Source: Podarcis melisellensis
Lineage: Eukaryota
DNA length: 64,000 nucleotides
Direction: 5' to 3' (one strand)
Assembly (NCBI GenBank): GCA_964234715.1
Contig: OZ174281.1
Shown: positions 37,037 to 50,386 of the stretch, piece by piece
Numbering within the stretch: position 1 is the stretch's first letter
Layout of the letters: each line of letters begins with the position of its first letter
Position numbers and translations under genes: made by a program
Notes under the pieces: generated by a model
What the model was told of the DNA's origin: nothing
The model's input: the letters and a program-made list of their open reading frames with translations, nothing else
Databases searched by the model: none

Positions 37037-37394
37037 GGGACGCGGGTGGCGCTGTGGGTTAAACCACAGAGCCTAGGACTTGCCGATCGAAGGTAGGCGG
37101 TTCAAATCCCTGCGACAGGGTGAGCTCCCGTTTCTCGGTCCCTGCTCCTGCCAACCTAGCAGTTCGAAAGCACGTCAAAAGTGCAAGTAGATAAATAGGT
37201 ACCGCTCTGGCAGGAAGGTAAACGGCGTTCCGTGTGCTGCTCTGGTTTGCCAGAAGCGGCTTAGTCATGCTGGCCACTTGACCCGGAAGCTGTACGCCAG
37301 CTCCCTCGGCCAATAAAGTGAGATGAGCGCTGCAACCCCAGAGTCAGCCACGACTGGACCTAATGGTCAGGGGTCCCTTTACCCTTTACCTTTT
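37037..37394 (+). mobile_element. Sauria SINE, full length, second subfamily
   Basis: GGGACGCGGGTGGCGCTGTGG head, B box GGTTCAAATCC, ccctttaccctttaccttt tail, and perfect 13-bp TSD TAGGCCCTAACCT (37024-36, 37395-407). Confidence 0.93.
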
Positions 37395-37732
37395 TAGGCC
37401 CTAACCTAATAACTTTATTCTAGTTCAGAATGCAAAAGCTAATTTGACTTGCTTCTGTGTCCCTAGCCATGTGTTGTGTGCACATGGGCTTGGGGTGTGT
37501 AAGAGAGCTTTCTTCGCACTATACTGTAAATGGCGATGGAAACTTGGGAGCCTGAGAGGCTTTTTGTCATGTGGCTCTAAGGTGCAAAGGGAGAAGAAGA
37601 GGGTCTGCATTCAAAGAGTGGAGTGGGGGAAGCGCATGCTAGCTATTAATTTGTTTTCAGTGCTAGAGTATAGCCTTATGTCGCTGCTTCTCCTGAACAT
37701 TGTGGAATCCAGACTGAAATTCTGTCAATTAT

Positions 37733-38193
37733 AGGAACATAGGAAGCTGCGCTATACTCAGCCCATCTAGGTTAGTATTGTCTTCACTGACTGGTAGCAG
37801 CTCTCTAGGGTCCCTCGCAACCCTACCTGGAAATGCCAGGGATTGAACTGGAGGCATTCTGCATGCAAAACATAATCATTATCATGATTTCATTTTCATG
37901 CCGCCTTTTCATAGTTAATAATGATTATAGATAATACTAATTTTATTATTTAAACCCCACCCAACTGGCTGGGTTGCCCCAGCCTCTATGAGTGGCTTCA
38001 GCACACATAAAAACAATAATAAAATGTCAAATGAAGATGCCACCAAACCGAACTATTTCCGCATAAATAATAAATTGTCATAAGATCTAAAAATTAAAGA
38101 TAGAAAAAAATATATTGATAACAGCAATGCCCACCCCAAGAAAAACCCCAATCCCAATACCCCAATCCCAATTGCTCTATCACTGAGCTACAG
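37733..38193 (-). mobile_element. tRNA(Ala-like)-derived SINE split by an insertion of about 300 bp containing L2 tail sequence
   Basis: Body aggaacataggaagctgc...gggattgaac...ttctgcatgcaaaac ends at about 37871. The head tgctctatcactgagctacag resumes at about 38173. An L2 tail lies at about 37945-38030. Confidence 0.65.
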
Positions 38194-38931
38194 TTAGTAA
38201 TTATGCTCCTGTCATGGTTTCCAGTCAGACCAAATTGGAGTTGAGGATTAAAGTTTGCAAACGAAGGCCCACGCCTGATTTAAGGCAACAGTTCTGTGCA
38301 GACTAACCTGGGAGTACATCACATTGTGCCTTGCTTCTGGCTGGACTTGTGTAAGATTGTGCTGTGTTCCTGTGGGTTTCAGTGGCTTGTGGCTGAAACC
38401 CTAATTCAAACATAAAGGCTCCATCCAGTGGCTCTGGTGTATACTGAGTGCTCAAAATATTCCCCAGTGTCGGAGATAATAAAACAGCCTCTGCTCCCAT
38501 AGAGCACAGTCCTGTAAGATTTTGGATTATGACTGTAAGGGAAGCAAGTCTTGCTCATTTTTGTTTTAAATGTGCATAATATCCATCTGGGGTTAGCATT
38601 GGGCCGCACGACCCCCCCAAAAAAAGTTATAAGCACTTCTAATTAAAATGCTGATAAGAATATATATGCAGACATCCTTGGAGGAGAGTGAATGGTTGTG
38701 TACCAGAAACATAAGACCTACTCACATGGATTAAGAATAAAGCACATTTACATTATAGAGAGTGGATCAGTTCAGACCTCTATGCTCTTCTCTACTTCTA
38801 GATAGAATTTTTCTTTGTTAGCTGTTTTTGTTTTAACTTAATATCATTTTCATATATTTGTCAATTTAGCCCCAGAATAATGAACTTCTGAAATCAAAGG
38901 AAGATAATCTAGAACCTCTAGCCTTGTAGGC

Positions 38932-39026
38932 ACATGAGATTTGTATACACTGTATACATGAGATTTGTATACACTGTATACATGAGATTTGTATACACTG
39001 TATACATGAGATTTGTATACACTGTA
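38932..39026. repeat. Minisatellite, (ACATGAGATTTGTATACACTGTAT) x4
   Basis: Three perfect 24-bp units plus 23 bp of a fourth. Confidence 0.97.
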
Positions 39027-40439
39027 GTGACAGTCTTCATCAACATACAGTAAGCGAAACATCAGCGCTGAGCTTATGTGCATACAAGCTGAATGCTCAT
39101 AATGCTCTGTCCATGGGTCCAGGAATTCTCCAAGGGCCCATATATTGTGTACTGTTCTTACAATTTCCTGATGTTGTTCTGAATGCATACAGGAGGGGGT
39201 GAGCCAGTGGAAGTAATTCCACTCCATTTCTGTATGTGAATCTGGTGTGTATACATGTGTAATGTTCTTTTATACTTTTATTCTTGCTACTCTAGGTTCA
39301 AATTTCCTCCAATGTTCTTGATATGCACAAAAAATTAAAGGAATTCCATCTATACACCCAACTCATGTATTATATATATAGTGAGATAATTTAAATCAAT
39401 GTGAGTTTAAATCAGTCATTTAAATCAGCAGGAAAGAAAAGGCCAATTTAACCTTGGGTTTGCATGTATTTCCTAAGCAATGGTGTAAAATCAAAATCTG
39501 CAAATATATTTAAAATGTGGTGAAATTGGTTCTTCATTTGCATAGAATAGTCTCATTTAATTCAGTGTGTCTGGTAAAAGTAATTGATTCAGTTTAGAGA
39601 TTCATTGTACAGCTAAGAATCCTATGTTCAGATTATTTAATATGAAACAGGTTATTCTTTAAGAAAAACTTAGCATATGTGATTTTTAATAGATTTCTAT
39701 CTGGCTTGATCTATTGCTCAGCCGACCAGTCACTGCCCCTAGACTTGCACATGGCCACTCAGTATAGATTGATGAAGGCTTGATTGAAAAGTTTATCTCA
39801 CGATAATATTGACTTCACAGGAAAGTCCTCTCTAATTGATTATTTTCCTTTTGTTGTCTTTATAGAGAAGTTTGAGAAAAGAAGCCTTACATAGGGCATT
39901 AGTACACTGCACACAATGGAATAAAACATGCAATTCTCTGCCAAGGTAATCCAAATTATGTGCCAAGAAAAATTGAATCTGGCAAGCTTTATAAATGATG
40001 TGATATTGTGCAGGGCGCTAAAGCCGCCTGTTCTTGTCCCTTTTTAGTCACTGGCTACAAGATTAAAAGTGCAGGCTCACAGTGATAGGCAATTGGAAAC
40101 TTTTGAAAAGAAAAATCAGAGCAAGAGTTGAATCTAATGGAGTCATTGCCAGAGAGGAACAACTTCTTCTCATGTAACTTTCACCCTTCAGCTTGTGTGC
40201 CCTCTGCTCCCCAAACCCCAGATCTGTTCTGGAAGGTTGGGGCAAAATGCAGATTTTGGGGGGTGCAGGGCAGACAAGGTTGAGAGAGAGGAGTTCCACC
40301 GCTTGGGCAGACACCCATTCCTCTCGCACAGTGGCTCCATTCTATACAACTCAGTCTCTGCACCCTCTATCAGATTTCAAGTTTTTCCTGTGCTAGTGAA
40401 AAACCACAGATTGATACGTCGGCAGCAGTGCCCAGGCAG

Positions 40440-40630
40440 AAATTGGGCAAGTGTCTGGGAAAATCTGGACGTATGGCAGCCCACGGCAGTAGTGCCATTT
40501 TTGCCGTTTTCCCATAAAAATAGCTCAAAACGGCATTTTTTTAAAAAGTCATTTTGCCCCCAAATCTCAACAACTTTGGGCAAAACTAAAAACTCGACAA
40601 CTTTACACTGTTTGAAATATGGCAACCCTA
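40440..40630 (-). mobile_element. hAT (Tip100/Blackjack-like) terminal fragment
   Basis: tttgaaatatggcaacccta is the reverse complement of a TAGGGTTGCCA-type terminus; a second similar motif, ggacgtatggcagccc, lies at about 40467. Confidence 0.45.
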
Positions 40631-43600
40631 GTTTTCAGGGTTTATATCATGCCTTCCCACCAAGGTGCCAGAGCAGCTAACAACAAACACATGTACAATC
40701 AAAAAGGTAGAAGAAAGCAATAGCAATAACACTAACCTTACACAGCCTTTCCCGTTTTTCTGATTAGGAAAGGGAGGGGAAGTAAAAGGGGGAAAGTGGC
40801 TTAACTTATGGGATGTTAGAGTCAATAGGTAAGAGACGATATATGGCAGAACAATTGCATATTAAGTACTGGTTGAACAATGTAAGTATTAAGAAGATTT
40901 TTGGTGGGTTGTCATTCTAGCTCAGTGTTAGTTTAACCAGATTTGTGACTTCACATTCTATTTCTAGAGACAGAAATTGTATCCAAGTGATAGTGGGGAG
41001 TTTTGCTTTTTTGTATCTTGTGCCTGGCTGGAAAAATCTATTACAAAATACAGTTAACAGAAATGCATTAGAGGGAAAGTCAGAGCAGTTATTTCATACG
41101 GTTGCGTTGGAGTTTGAGGGAAGGGATAGGATTTAGTAGTATACTGTTAATAATCAGTATTAATGTGTACACCATTCTGAGATGAGGGCCATTTTGCACA
41201 TTATATTCAGGCAAACGTGAATGTGCAAAGGAAACTGTAGCCAACTGTGGTTCCCTGACAAGTTTACTTACATGAGTCACCTTTTTGCAAGTGCATGTTT
41301 GCCACAGTCACACTTTACGGTGCACCTCAAAGCATGATAGTACAATTAGAAAATGCAATATGTTCCTTTGTGACTTAGCAGCAAGTTCTCTCTGAGCCTC
41401 TTGTGTGTTCCCTGTTGCTTCCCAGGGTAGCTGGGAAGAAAAATTATGCTGTTTCTGCCAGTGAGCTGCAAGTGAGGGAAGAATGTTCCACAATCATGGC
41501 ACCACTAACAGTGCATTGGCAGAGACTTGCAAAAATCCTGGGGCTCCTGTTCTAGGGTTGTTGCCAAGTTCAGAAACTGCGGCAAACACACAAGCTTTCA
41601 AATAAGGGTGCAGAATTGAGGTCAGGGTGCAGTCACTGGAGTAAACTTGGTAGAATATCCTTTCAGCTGCTCCTACTTAACTCCCTTGAGTTAAAGCACC
41701 GCGACCACATATTGCTTCTTTACACAATAGTTGCTTAAACAGAATTTGGCCCTGCTGGGCATGCATTCTCTTCGTCCATCTCCTGCACCTTAATGAACTT
41801 TTGCACTAAATCCCAAGATGGCTATTTAGGAAGATTCCAGTGGATGAACGGGTGATGCATGTGTGGCTTCATATACCAATTATGTTTATTATACTGTATT
41901 AACTTTATGTGTTAGTCTTATATGATTTTTTTTAAACAAATTCTGTTAGAAGTACGGTTGGTGTATATTTTGTGCCGTGTCTTCATTCATCAGGATGACT
42001 AAGAGGCTGCAGAGATTTTATTTTTCTGACAAATCTGTCATCCGATTCCAAAATGGCTGATGACAGAAGAAAACTTTGTTAAAGAAGTAGAACTTCATGT
42101 TCTTAATTCTTTCTTTGGGCTGAAAGGTCACCATCCTTGGTAGGGGAGATCACCTGGGAATGGTGTAAATGTAGTGGAGATCTCTGACCTGTTAATAAGC
42201 ACCAGGAGAAGGAGATAGGGATCATTCCACAATGTGCCCTGGGGGTACTTTTCCTTTAAACTTCAAGCTGTGTAGCTGGAACTGTTCAACTTTTTATTTC
42301 TTTCAGTTTTACCTTCAGGGGAAAATTGATCGATTTGGAGATGATTATTCCATAATCTCTGAATCTCTCTTTCTCCACATTGCAGTGGGAACTCCTTGAA
42401 GTTTAAAGGCATTGTGTTTCCTCAGTGCATTGTGCAGTGAGCCCAAAGAATGTAGGGGGACAGGAGTATTCTTTAACAGATGGATGGTAGTAGGCATGTT
42501 TGGAACTGTAATACTCATGTTTTATACTAAGGATATATCTTAGCTTATGTTGCATCCTTCCCAGCAATTTCTGGGATGGTGTTGGGATGACAGAACAAGA
42601 TAGCAGGGACAAAAGCTTGTGCTTGTGTTGTGAACTGAGATATGAGAACGTTGGTTACAGATCTTTTAGCAAATGATTTGTGCTCCCCCCCCATGAAACA
42701 ACAATGAAACCATCCCTCATAATTTTGTTTTGCCCCCTCCTTGATATTTGCTTCATAGCGTTAAAACATTTTCACATAAGATGATGTAAATGATAAAAGA
42801 GTTGCTGAAATCTCATTTGTTACCAGAACAGTATGATCAATGACATTCTCAAGCTCACTGCCAATATTTCACCACTGTGAATCTGTATCTGCATATAAAA
42901 CAATTCATGGGGAGCTCACTGAAATAAAAAGCAGAGGGGAAGTTTCCCTTGACTTTTCTGTCCACATTTGATTCACCCGCTCAACGCCTACTAAAAGTAT
43001 TTTTATGGATTCATTCTTAATTCCTGAAGTTGGAAATACATAGCGAGGACACCTATGTATACAATAACAGAGCAGACTGACAAGGTGTCAAATTCAGGAA
43101 AATGGTGGTTCATGCACTTTTTTTTGCACAGGGGGAGGGAAGCAAGCTAAATAATGTATCAGAGAAATGCCTGCTCTTTCACTGCTTTTCTAACTGTGAA
43201 TGGAAATGGTGTGTCTCATTTGTTTTTACTGCTTCATTCCAGCGGGAAGTCCAGTTTAATGACTGGAGGAGGGTTGGGTGTCTCCCGTGGAGAAGGCACA
43301 GGAAGGGTCAGGTTTTTCAAACACAATGCAAGCCCCTTTACCAGATGTAAAAGTTAACAAAAGGAAAAGTGGGAACAGCAGATTCTGATTATTTACTTTC
43401 TCTTGATGAAAGCAAAGTTCAGCTTATGTGTCTGAAGTGCACTTTAATAAATTACGGCACAACTACTGCTTAATAAACATTCTCTGAAACCTGAAAAAGC
43501 ACACTGCCGTTGCCACAAATCCTAAAATATATGAAATTCTCAAAGTATTCTGAGCCTCGGATTAAGTTCAACCTTCGTCCTCAAAAATTCCAGACTGTCA

Positions 43601-44224
43601 AAACATTTACTCTTTGAATTTTGATTTTAAAATGTATTGCAGACATAACAATGTTAGTCTTTGACCTTCATCTTTCTGTTGATTAAGCTGTATATTATCA
43701 TCCTATCCTTGCACTCAATAAAGCCCTGGTAGCCACAGCATCTGAATTCCTTTCTTAATGTAGAAAAACTTCTCAAGTCAAAGGAATTGAACCTTCTTCG
43801 AAACAGTTTTAAAAAATATCTACCCCTTTCAAACTATAGTTTGAAGGGTCTTTTATGAAAGATAAACCCATTCTCATCCCTTTGACAGCCAGGTGAGGAC
43901 CCCTGTGTTTGCATGCATATGCAAGTATGCTTTATGAAAAAAGCGTTACATTCAACTTCTTCCAGTTGCAGGTATTCACATGGAAGTTATTCATAGATCA
44001 ATCCTATGCATGTTCTATTCAGAAGTAAATATAACTTTTTGATGGGGCTTACTCCCAGGTAAGTTTGCTTAGGATTTCATCCCCAGTCTTGGCAATTGCC
44101 TCTTGTCTCTGAAGTGCAGTGTGCACACAGGCCTCAGGCAAGCATTGGGCCTAGCACTGTCTCCTGAGATTGGCAGGTCTGATACAAACGCTGGGATGAT
44201 GGTCTTCTGACTTGGCTGGTCAGC

Positions 44225-44396
44225 ACATGAAGCTGTCTTATATTGAGTTATAGCGTTGGTCCATTTAGCTCAGTATTGCCTACATTGATTTGTTGTGGCT
44301 CTCCAAGATTTCAGACAGTCTTACTTGACAGTGACAGGGATTGAATCTTGGATCTTCTGTGTTCAAAACATGTACATGACCACTGAGCTACAGCCC
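44225..44396 (-). mobile_element. tRNA(Ala-like)-derived SINE with CR1-type tail
   Basis: gaagctgtcttatattgag...ttggtccatttagctcagtattg...gggattgaatc (B box, reverse complement)...ccactgagctacagccc (A box, reverse complement). Confidence 0.7.
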
Positions 44397-47204
44397 ACCC
44401 CTGAGCCATCACACGCCATCTTTCCTAGTTTCCAAACCTACTGCTGTATGTAGCACCTGACTTTCTGGAAACTGGTGTGGAGGACACAAATTCTAGTAAA
44501 ATAATCTGGTCCTTCCATATAAGAATTGTGTGCAGTTATGGAATGATTCACACAATTTATAAGATTTTACTGCTTGTCTTGAGCGGACAGCCTGTTTTGC
44601 TTGTGTCCCTATCTGCAGAACATGATGCGTAGCATTCCTATATGTATAAAACATATATACAGTAATTTCTCTTTGCCGTATCCATGAGTTGCGATTCAGA
44701 ATTGTATTGCTCAAATGTATGTCAATGTGGATTTTGTATGCACAGAAACTGTTGTAGGTTTTCCTAAACCCACAAGGGTTGGACAATATAGTCTGTGATT
44801 TCGCAGTGTTGCTATAACAAAAGAGGGGGAGAGGGAAATCCTTGTTATTTTACGATATGCATACTACAGATTCATGTTCTAATTCAGTGGTCTCTTTGAG
44901 CTTGGGAACACTAGTGTGCACATGGATTCCATGCCTACAGGGAATGTCCCATTTACTTCAGTGGAACTGTAGACACTCTTAAGATATATAGAAGTTCCAT
45001 GTGTATATTTGAGTAGATGTGCAGCTTAAAGTGTATGCATTACATAACTGTCCTGGCATTACCCAAGATTCATTCAGATTTTGTGTGTGGCGGGAAATCC
45101 TTTCCTAGATCTTTGTACACAGCAATGCAATTGAAAAGAGAGCTGGAGTACTTAGTCTGCAAAGTTTAAATCTCCTTTTAGCTAATCTACATTTTCATTG
45201 TCTATTAAGTCTTTTGGATTTTGGATTCCAATTACTACATTTATGTTTCTCTGTTCATTCATCTTTTAAATTTCTAATTCATCATCCAACCCTTTCCCAT
45301 CCCTTACTTGGCTGTAATGATTTTTCTGCCTAGGAGGTTTCCTCATCTCCCCTTGTTTACCCTGTTGCTGAAATTTAGATTGTGAGTTTCTCAAGACAGA
45401 GACCTTTTTTTGTTGCTTTGTACATTGATGCCACTAAATAAATAAATCACATGGTATTCTGTGTCATGGGCTGAATGAGCTGCTTCTTTCCACCCTAGGA
45501 CCTTATCTTTACAATTTTTTTTTTCTTTAGCAACTTACATTTCCAGTGTTTCCCTAAAGGCCTAATAAACCACCCAAATCAAACCAGAATATGGGCTCCC
45601 AGGTTCAGTTTTGTGACGTAGGAAAGTTGTTGGCTCTCAAAAGGGACAGCCCAGCAATTATATGTGGGTGATCCTTTTTGATTTCTTCAAAGCATCCAGT
45701 TTTCTCTGTTGTGGGACTACTATGTTTATATGTCATGAAAAATTACTGTTCCAGGAATCTTGGGTCAGGTAGGGGGACTTGAATTCCTACCCCCCAATCA
45801 GTTCTCTCTATAAAAGTCCTGTATCAGTTCCAGCGTGCCCCTTGACTTTCTCCTCCTCATCTTCAGAATGGCTTTGGACATTACAAATGCACTCTCCTAG
45901 CTGGATGCAGAGTCAGCCACACATATGGCTGATGGCATGTCTTCATATTGTTGGAAAGTTCAACAGGAAGTGTGTAAATGCTCATGCCAGCTACACTGCC
46001 TGTCTGCTTTGTATTTTTACAAATAAGCACTACAGTCTTGGATGCCAGACTTGAGTTGTCCATTGGTCACAGTACTTGCTAGTCATGCCTCCAGCTGCTC
46101 AGTCAGTGAATTTATAATACCAGGAATAAATACCCTTGCTTGTGCAAAAGTGTAGAGATTATCATCTGCTGCATACACAATCACTGTCATTGTTCCTATG
46201 GTATCAGTTCCACACAGGACAGGCCGCATTTGTGTGCAGACAAATCCAGTGGACTTGGGTACAAATCTGTTGCTTCCAATATGTGTGCAGGCAGCATCAG
46301 GAGACTTCACAGAGCATGGGAAGTCTTGCTCATACCTCTTCTATCCCCTTCCAGACTTTTGTTCTTGCCTTCATGCAGCTCCTGAATTGGGGCCACTTGG
46401 AAATCTATGTATGGGTGCTGCACTCAGTGGATTGGGTTCTCCCCCATCTGTTTTGACATCATGAGAAATCTTTCATGGCTATTTTTAGCCATAGATGGTG
46501 GAATCTGAACTTTCCCTCCATTTTCTTCTTGCTTTCTCTCTGATATTTCTAACACAGCATTATGCTATGTTTACAAAAAGGGTCAGCTGTAGGACAGAAA
46601 CCTTCAATATTAGCACAACTTTTGGTAGAAGTTTTAATTTATATTTCTGGCCAAAGCACATTTGAATTTTCTACCAGTTATAATTGACCATAGCTGGCTT
46701 TCATTCAGTCTCAATAGATCTTACATTTTGCCACCCCCTTGTAGCTAACGTGAAGAACAAAGTTAAGTTCACAAGAGAAGCAATGACACCTGAAAGACTT
46801 GGTCTGATAAGTGGAATATAAGTAGTCAGAATATGTTTTGCCTGTGGGTTATATGTGAAGCATACAATGGAGTGTTTTAGATAACCAATATCTAGGTTAA
46901 TGGGCCACATAGTCCAGAGCCCTTTATTTCTGTGATCCACATGTTCAGCTCAAGTCTCAGATTCAATACCCCCTCCCAAACTGCAAATAAAAATCAGCTT
47001 TGCCTTTAAAAATACTTGTCCAGGTGAAGGGGAGTAGTGTCAAATCAGAACAGACACTTTCTCTCTCTAGTATATGGAACTCTGCTTTTAGCTAATACAG
47101 CTTACTGTATCTAATTGTGATGTCGTAGCTATGTTGCATAGCCTCCAGCTTTTGAAATAGATCTAAGGCCTTCCATTCTGCCTGACACATTCATTCAATC
47201 ATTA

Positions 47205-47300
47205 CTTCAGGCCATGATCCATGCACTGGCTTCCCTTCTGCACCCAGCACAAACGATTTGCCCTTATCTTTAAAGCTGTCTGTTGCCTTGCTCTGCCCTT
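47205..47300 (+). mobile_element. Old L2 ORF2 fragment
   Basis: HWLPFCTQHKRFALIFKAV resembles the L2 LHWLP...FK.L motif. Confidence 0.4.
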
Positions 47301-47482
47301 TCTTTTTGCCCATCATCCCCGTCATAGTCCTTCTTCTCCAACTCGTACTGCCCTCAGTTGCTCTAGAGCCTTTTCCACTCTTTATTTTATATCACAAACA
47401 CAACAATAAGGCAAACTAAGGAAGAGCCAAAATGCTGGTTGAGAGAGACGGAAGAGATGTAGAACCCCAGTACAGTATTGGG

Positions 47483-47610
47483 TCACAGAATTGTAGGGCT
47501 GGAAGGGACCACGAGGGTCATCCTACTCCACCCCCCTGCAATGCAGGAATCTTTTGCCCAAGGTGGGGTCTGAACCTGCAAGCCTCAGATTAAGAGGTTC
47601 GTGTCATCTC
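47483..47610 (-). mobile_element. tRNA-Lys-derived SINE with CR1 3' end, copy 1
   Basis: Colinear with 51232 and 54144; core cccctgcaatgcaggaat. Confidence 0.75.
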
Positions 47611-47789
47611 TTTCCTCTTGATCCTTCATTGCATCTCTCTGTGAAGTCTATGGCTTTCCCCCCTTCCCCAGTTGAAACTAAGTGTATGTAACTGTACTTG
47701 CTCACATTGATAGCTTATTTCGTTTACCTTGCCCCACTCTGCTTTGGCTTCCTGATACCATTACCACTTAATATTTTTAGAAAGAAAGA

Positions 47790-48070
47790 AATCTAAGTGG
47801 TTTACAGAAGATTACAAAAAAAAAAACAAAAAAAAAAAAAACCAGAACGGAGGAAATATGTTATAAAAACAACACATCAGTTAAAAACAACACTGTCAGT
47901 AACTGAACAAGACAACCCTCCTAAACACCAGAAAAGGTCTGAATAAACCACTGGTTTAAAATGTCTAATAGACATTTGAAATATCCAGCTGATGGAGCTT
48001 TGCTAAACTTTTGGGAGGATATTCCAGAGGGTTGGTGCTGCAGCGGAAAAGGCCTTTTTTTGCAAAGTTT
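47790..48070 (-). mobile_element. Old L2 3' fragment
   Basis: Minus strand encodes KAFSAAAPTLWNILP, an L2 ORF2 C-terminal motif. Confidence 0.6.
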
Positions 48071-50128
48071 CTAGATGACAATCCATTGGGTGTAGGATAC
48101 CCAGCAGGTTATATTTGAAGAGCACAAAAATCAATGTGTTTTCTAATAGGGGAGGTGACCTGCTTGGTAGCTCGGTGTCACATAAACACAGCTGACTGAT
48201 GCTTCTTTCAGTGTTTCTTGCCATTAACACTCTGGCACAGCAGAAGGGGAAAATGGTGCCAAGTGGCAAGGTTTTGTGTTGCCCAATGCCACCAGGGTCA
48301 TTGGTAGCACCATTGCCAGTTAGATAGGTTTATTTGCTGTGTAACACCAGTTCAAGAGAAAGGACAGCATTGCCTAAGTCCAATAATTGCTAAACTTTGG
48401 AACCTTCCTTTCAGCCAGTGAATTGAGCAGTGAATTTGGGAATATTTTGGCTTAGCTTTAGATGTAAACTCATGAGTTGAGAATCTATGGCCTCCCGCTT
48501 CTTATGCTGCTCTTTTTTCCAATATACATAAATAAATGACCATTTCCACTGGGTGCCCAGGATGAAAGATCCCACTTGTGTCATATCCTTTTTAGGGAGT
48601 TTGTTGTTCCTTGGTGATTCCCCCCCCCCCCGCAACAAAATGTAAGAGGGCTGTGTAAAATGGTTTGGGAAATGTTTCAAATACTGTTTTCAGAAAGTGC
48701 TATAGTACACTAAACAAAAAGGCTCTGTGTGTAAAATCAGAATTATTATTTTCCACTGCTGTATAGAAATAATTTGCAAATCGGTATGCATTAAAATATA
48801 TCCCAAGTTCTAGTTTACTGATCGTAATGAACTACTTATTGAAACACTGTGCAGCTCACAAATGACTCTCCAATTTGAGTAATTTCGTAGGAATATAAAA
48901 TATATTCTGTGGGAGAAATAGAAGTGTGGCTAAGAACTGTTTTGTATGCAAGAAACAATAGAAGCATTACTTGCTGATCATAAATTGCTGAATTGTTAGC
49001 TTTTTCAGTTCAAGAGATGCATAAAGAGATGTCTAAAAACCATATAATTTAGTACTGAAAGCTAACAAAGAACCCACAAAACCAAACATTTATTTTTGGA
49101 AACAAAAAAATATTAGGGTGTGGAGCACAGGAAAGCTGAAATAAATAGAATGGTAGCACTGCACTCTGGTCAATGGCTTTGGGTATAAAAACCTGTTGTA
49201 GCCCTTTTCAGACATTATTTATCTTGTTAACTAAGACTGCAGAGGCAGTAGACTCAACTAGCTAGGTCGCCTTCCACCACTGCTTCATTTGCCTTTCACA
49301 AGGGTAACTGTCTGCAGCCAGGAACCGTGCATGTCTGTTAAGCCTCCCCAGACATGTTTTAGAACCCTAATTATACTGGTTATGGTGTTTCCACATAAAC
49401 CTTCTCATTCCCTCCAGCAATGTTCAGATGGTTTGAAGATCTCCTGGGAGGGCTTCCTAATCAGTGTCTCCACAATCTACATTTCTCCCTCTTCAAGCAG
49501 AAGCTTTGGCCCATGGTCTGGTCCATAATTACTATAACTCTCTGTTTCCCCCTCCTATCCTCATTTCAGTCGGTTGAGAATATCTCTGCTAATAGTGATC
49601 CTTCTCTCTTGCTGCTGTGATCATATTGTTTCCTGTAATGTGTTGGCGTGGCTGCCTATCATTGTCTACATCAACTGTAGGTTTTTATTTCTACTGTTAC
49701 AGCTCTCCACTTTTCCTTCCCCATATATATCCATTCCTACTTTGTACCATTACTTTTCTCATTGGTTGGATCCAGACAGGGGGAAAAACTGTAGTCCAAT
49801 GAGCTATTGTCTGTAAGGTTAGCATTCTGTCAAACATTCCTCCTTTCTTTTCTTCTTCCTGTCTGTACCTATCTCTAACAAATGTCTTCTTCCTTTCAAG
49901 TGCTTTCTCTCTTTATGTGTTACTTTTAACGCAAGAATGCCATGCATAGGGTTTGCAGTCTCACATTGAAGCCCTTGCCAGGCAGAGATCTGCTTAGCTT
50001 CATGTGCCTTCAGATCACAGCACACATCCAGAATTATTTGAGCCCCACATTATCTGCATTGCTTCTCCTGCAATCCTGTAACTCATCTGTCACTCCACTG
50101 CCACGCCATTCTGCCCCTTCTCATTGGC

Positions 50129-50386
50129 AGACTGCCAGTGTGGTGTAGTGGTTAAGAGCGGTAGTCTCTAATCTGGGGAACCGGGTTCGCGTCTCCGCTC
50201 CTCCACATGCAGCTGCTGGGTGACCTTGGGCCAGTCACACTTCTGTGAAGTCTCTCAGCCCCACTCACCTCACAGAGTGTTTGTTGTGGGGGAGGAAGGG
50301 AAAGGAGAATGTTAGCCGCTTTGAGACTCCTGAAGGGGAGTGAAAGGCGGGATATCAAATCCAAACTCTTCTTCTTCTTCTTCTTC
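50129..50386 (+). mobile_element. tRNA-derived CORE-type SINE (Squam3-like) with (CTT)n tail
   Basis: A box TGGTGTAGTGG (50141), B box GGTTCGCGTCT (50184), core gggtgaccttgggccagtcac, L2-like 3' end, and TSD CTTCTCATT(G/T)GC (50117-28, 50383-94). Confidence 0.88.

Noticed and set aside
31832-37394. SINE pair driving circRNA formation of the zinc-finger exon
   Set aside because: Both Sauria SINEs are in the same orientation, so they cannot base-pair.
38932-39026. CRISPR-like array or repeat protein (YSVYKSHV)n
   Set aside because: There are no spacers or cas genes and the context is a vertebrate intron. The peptide repeat is only a by-product of a 24-bp unit.
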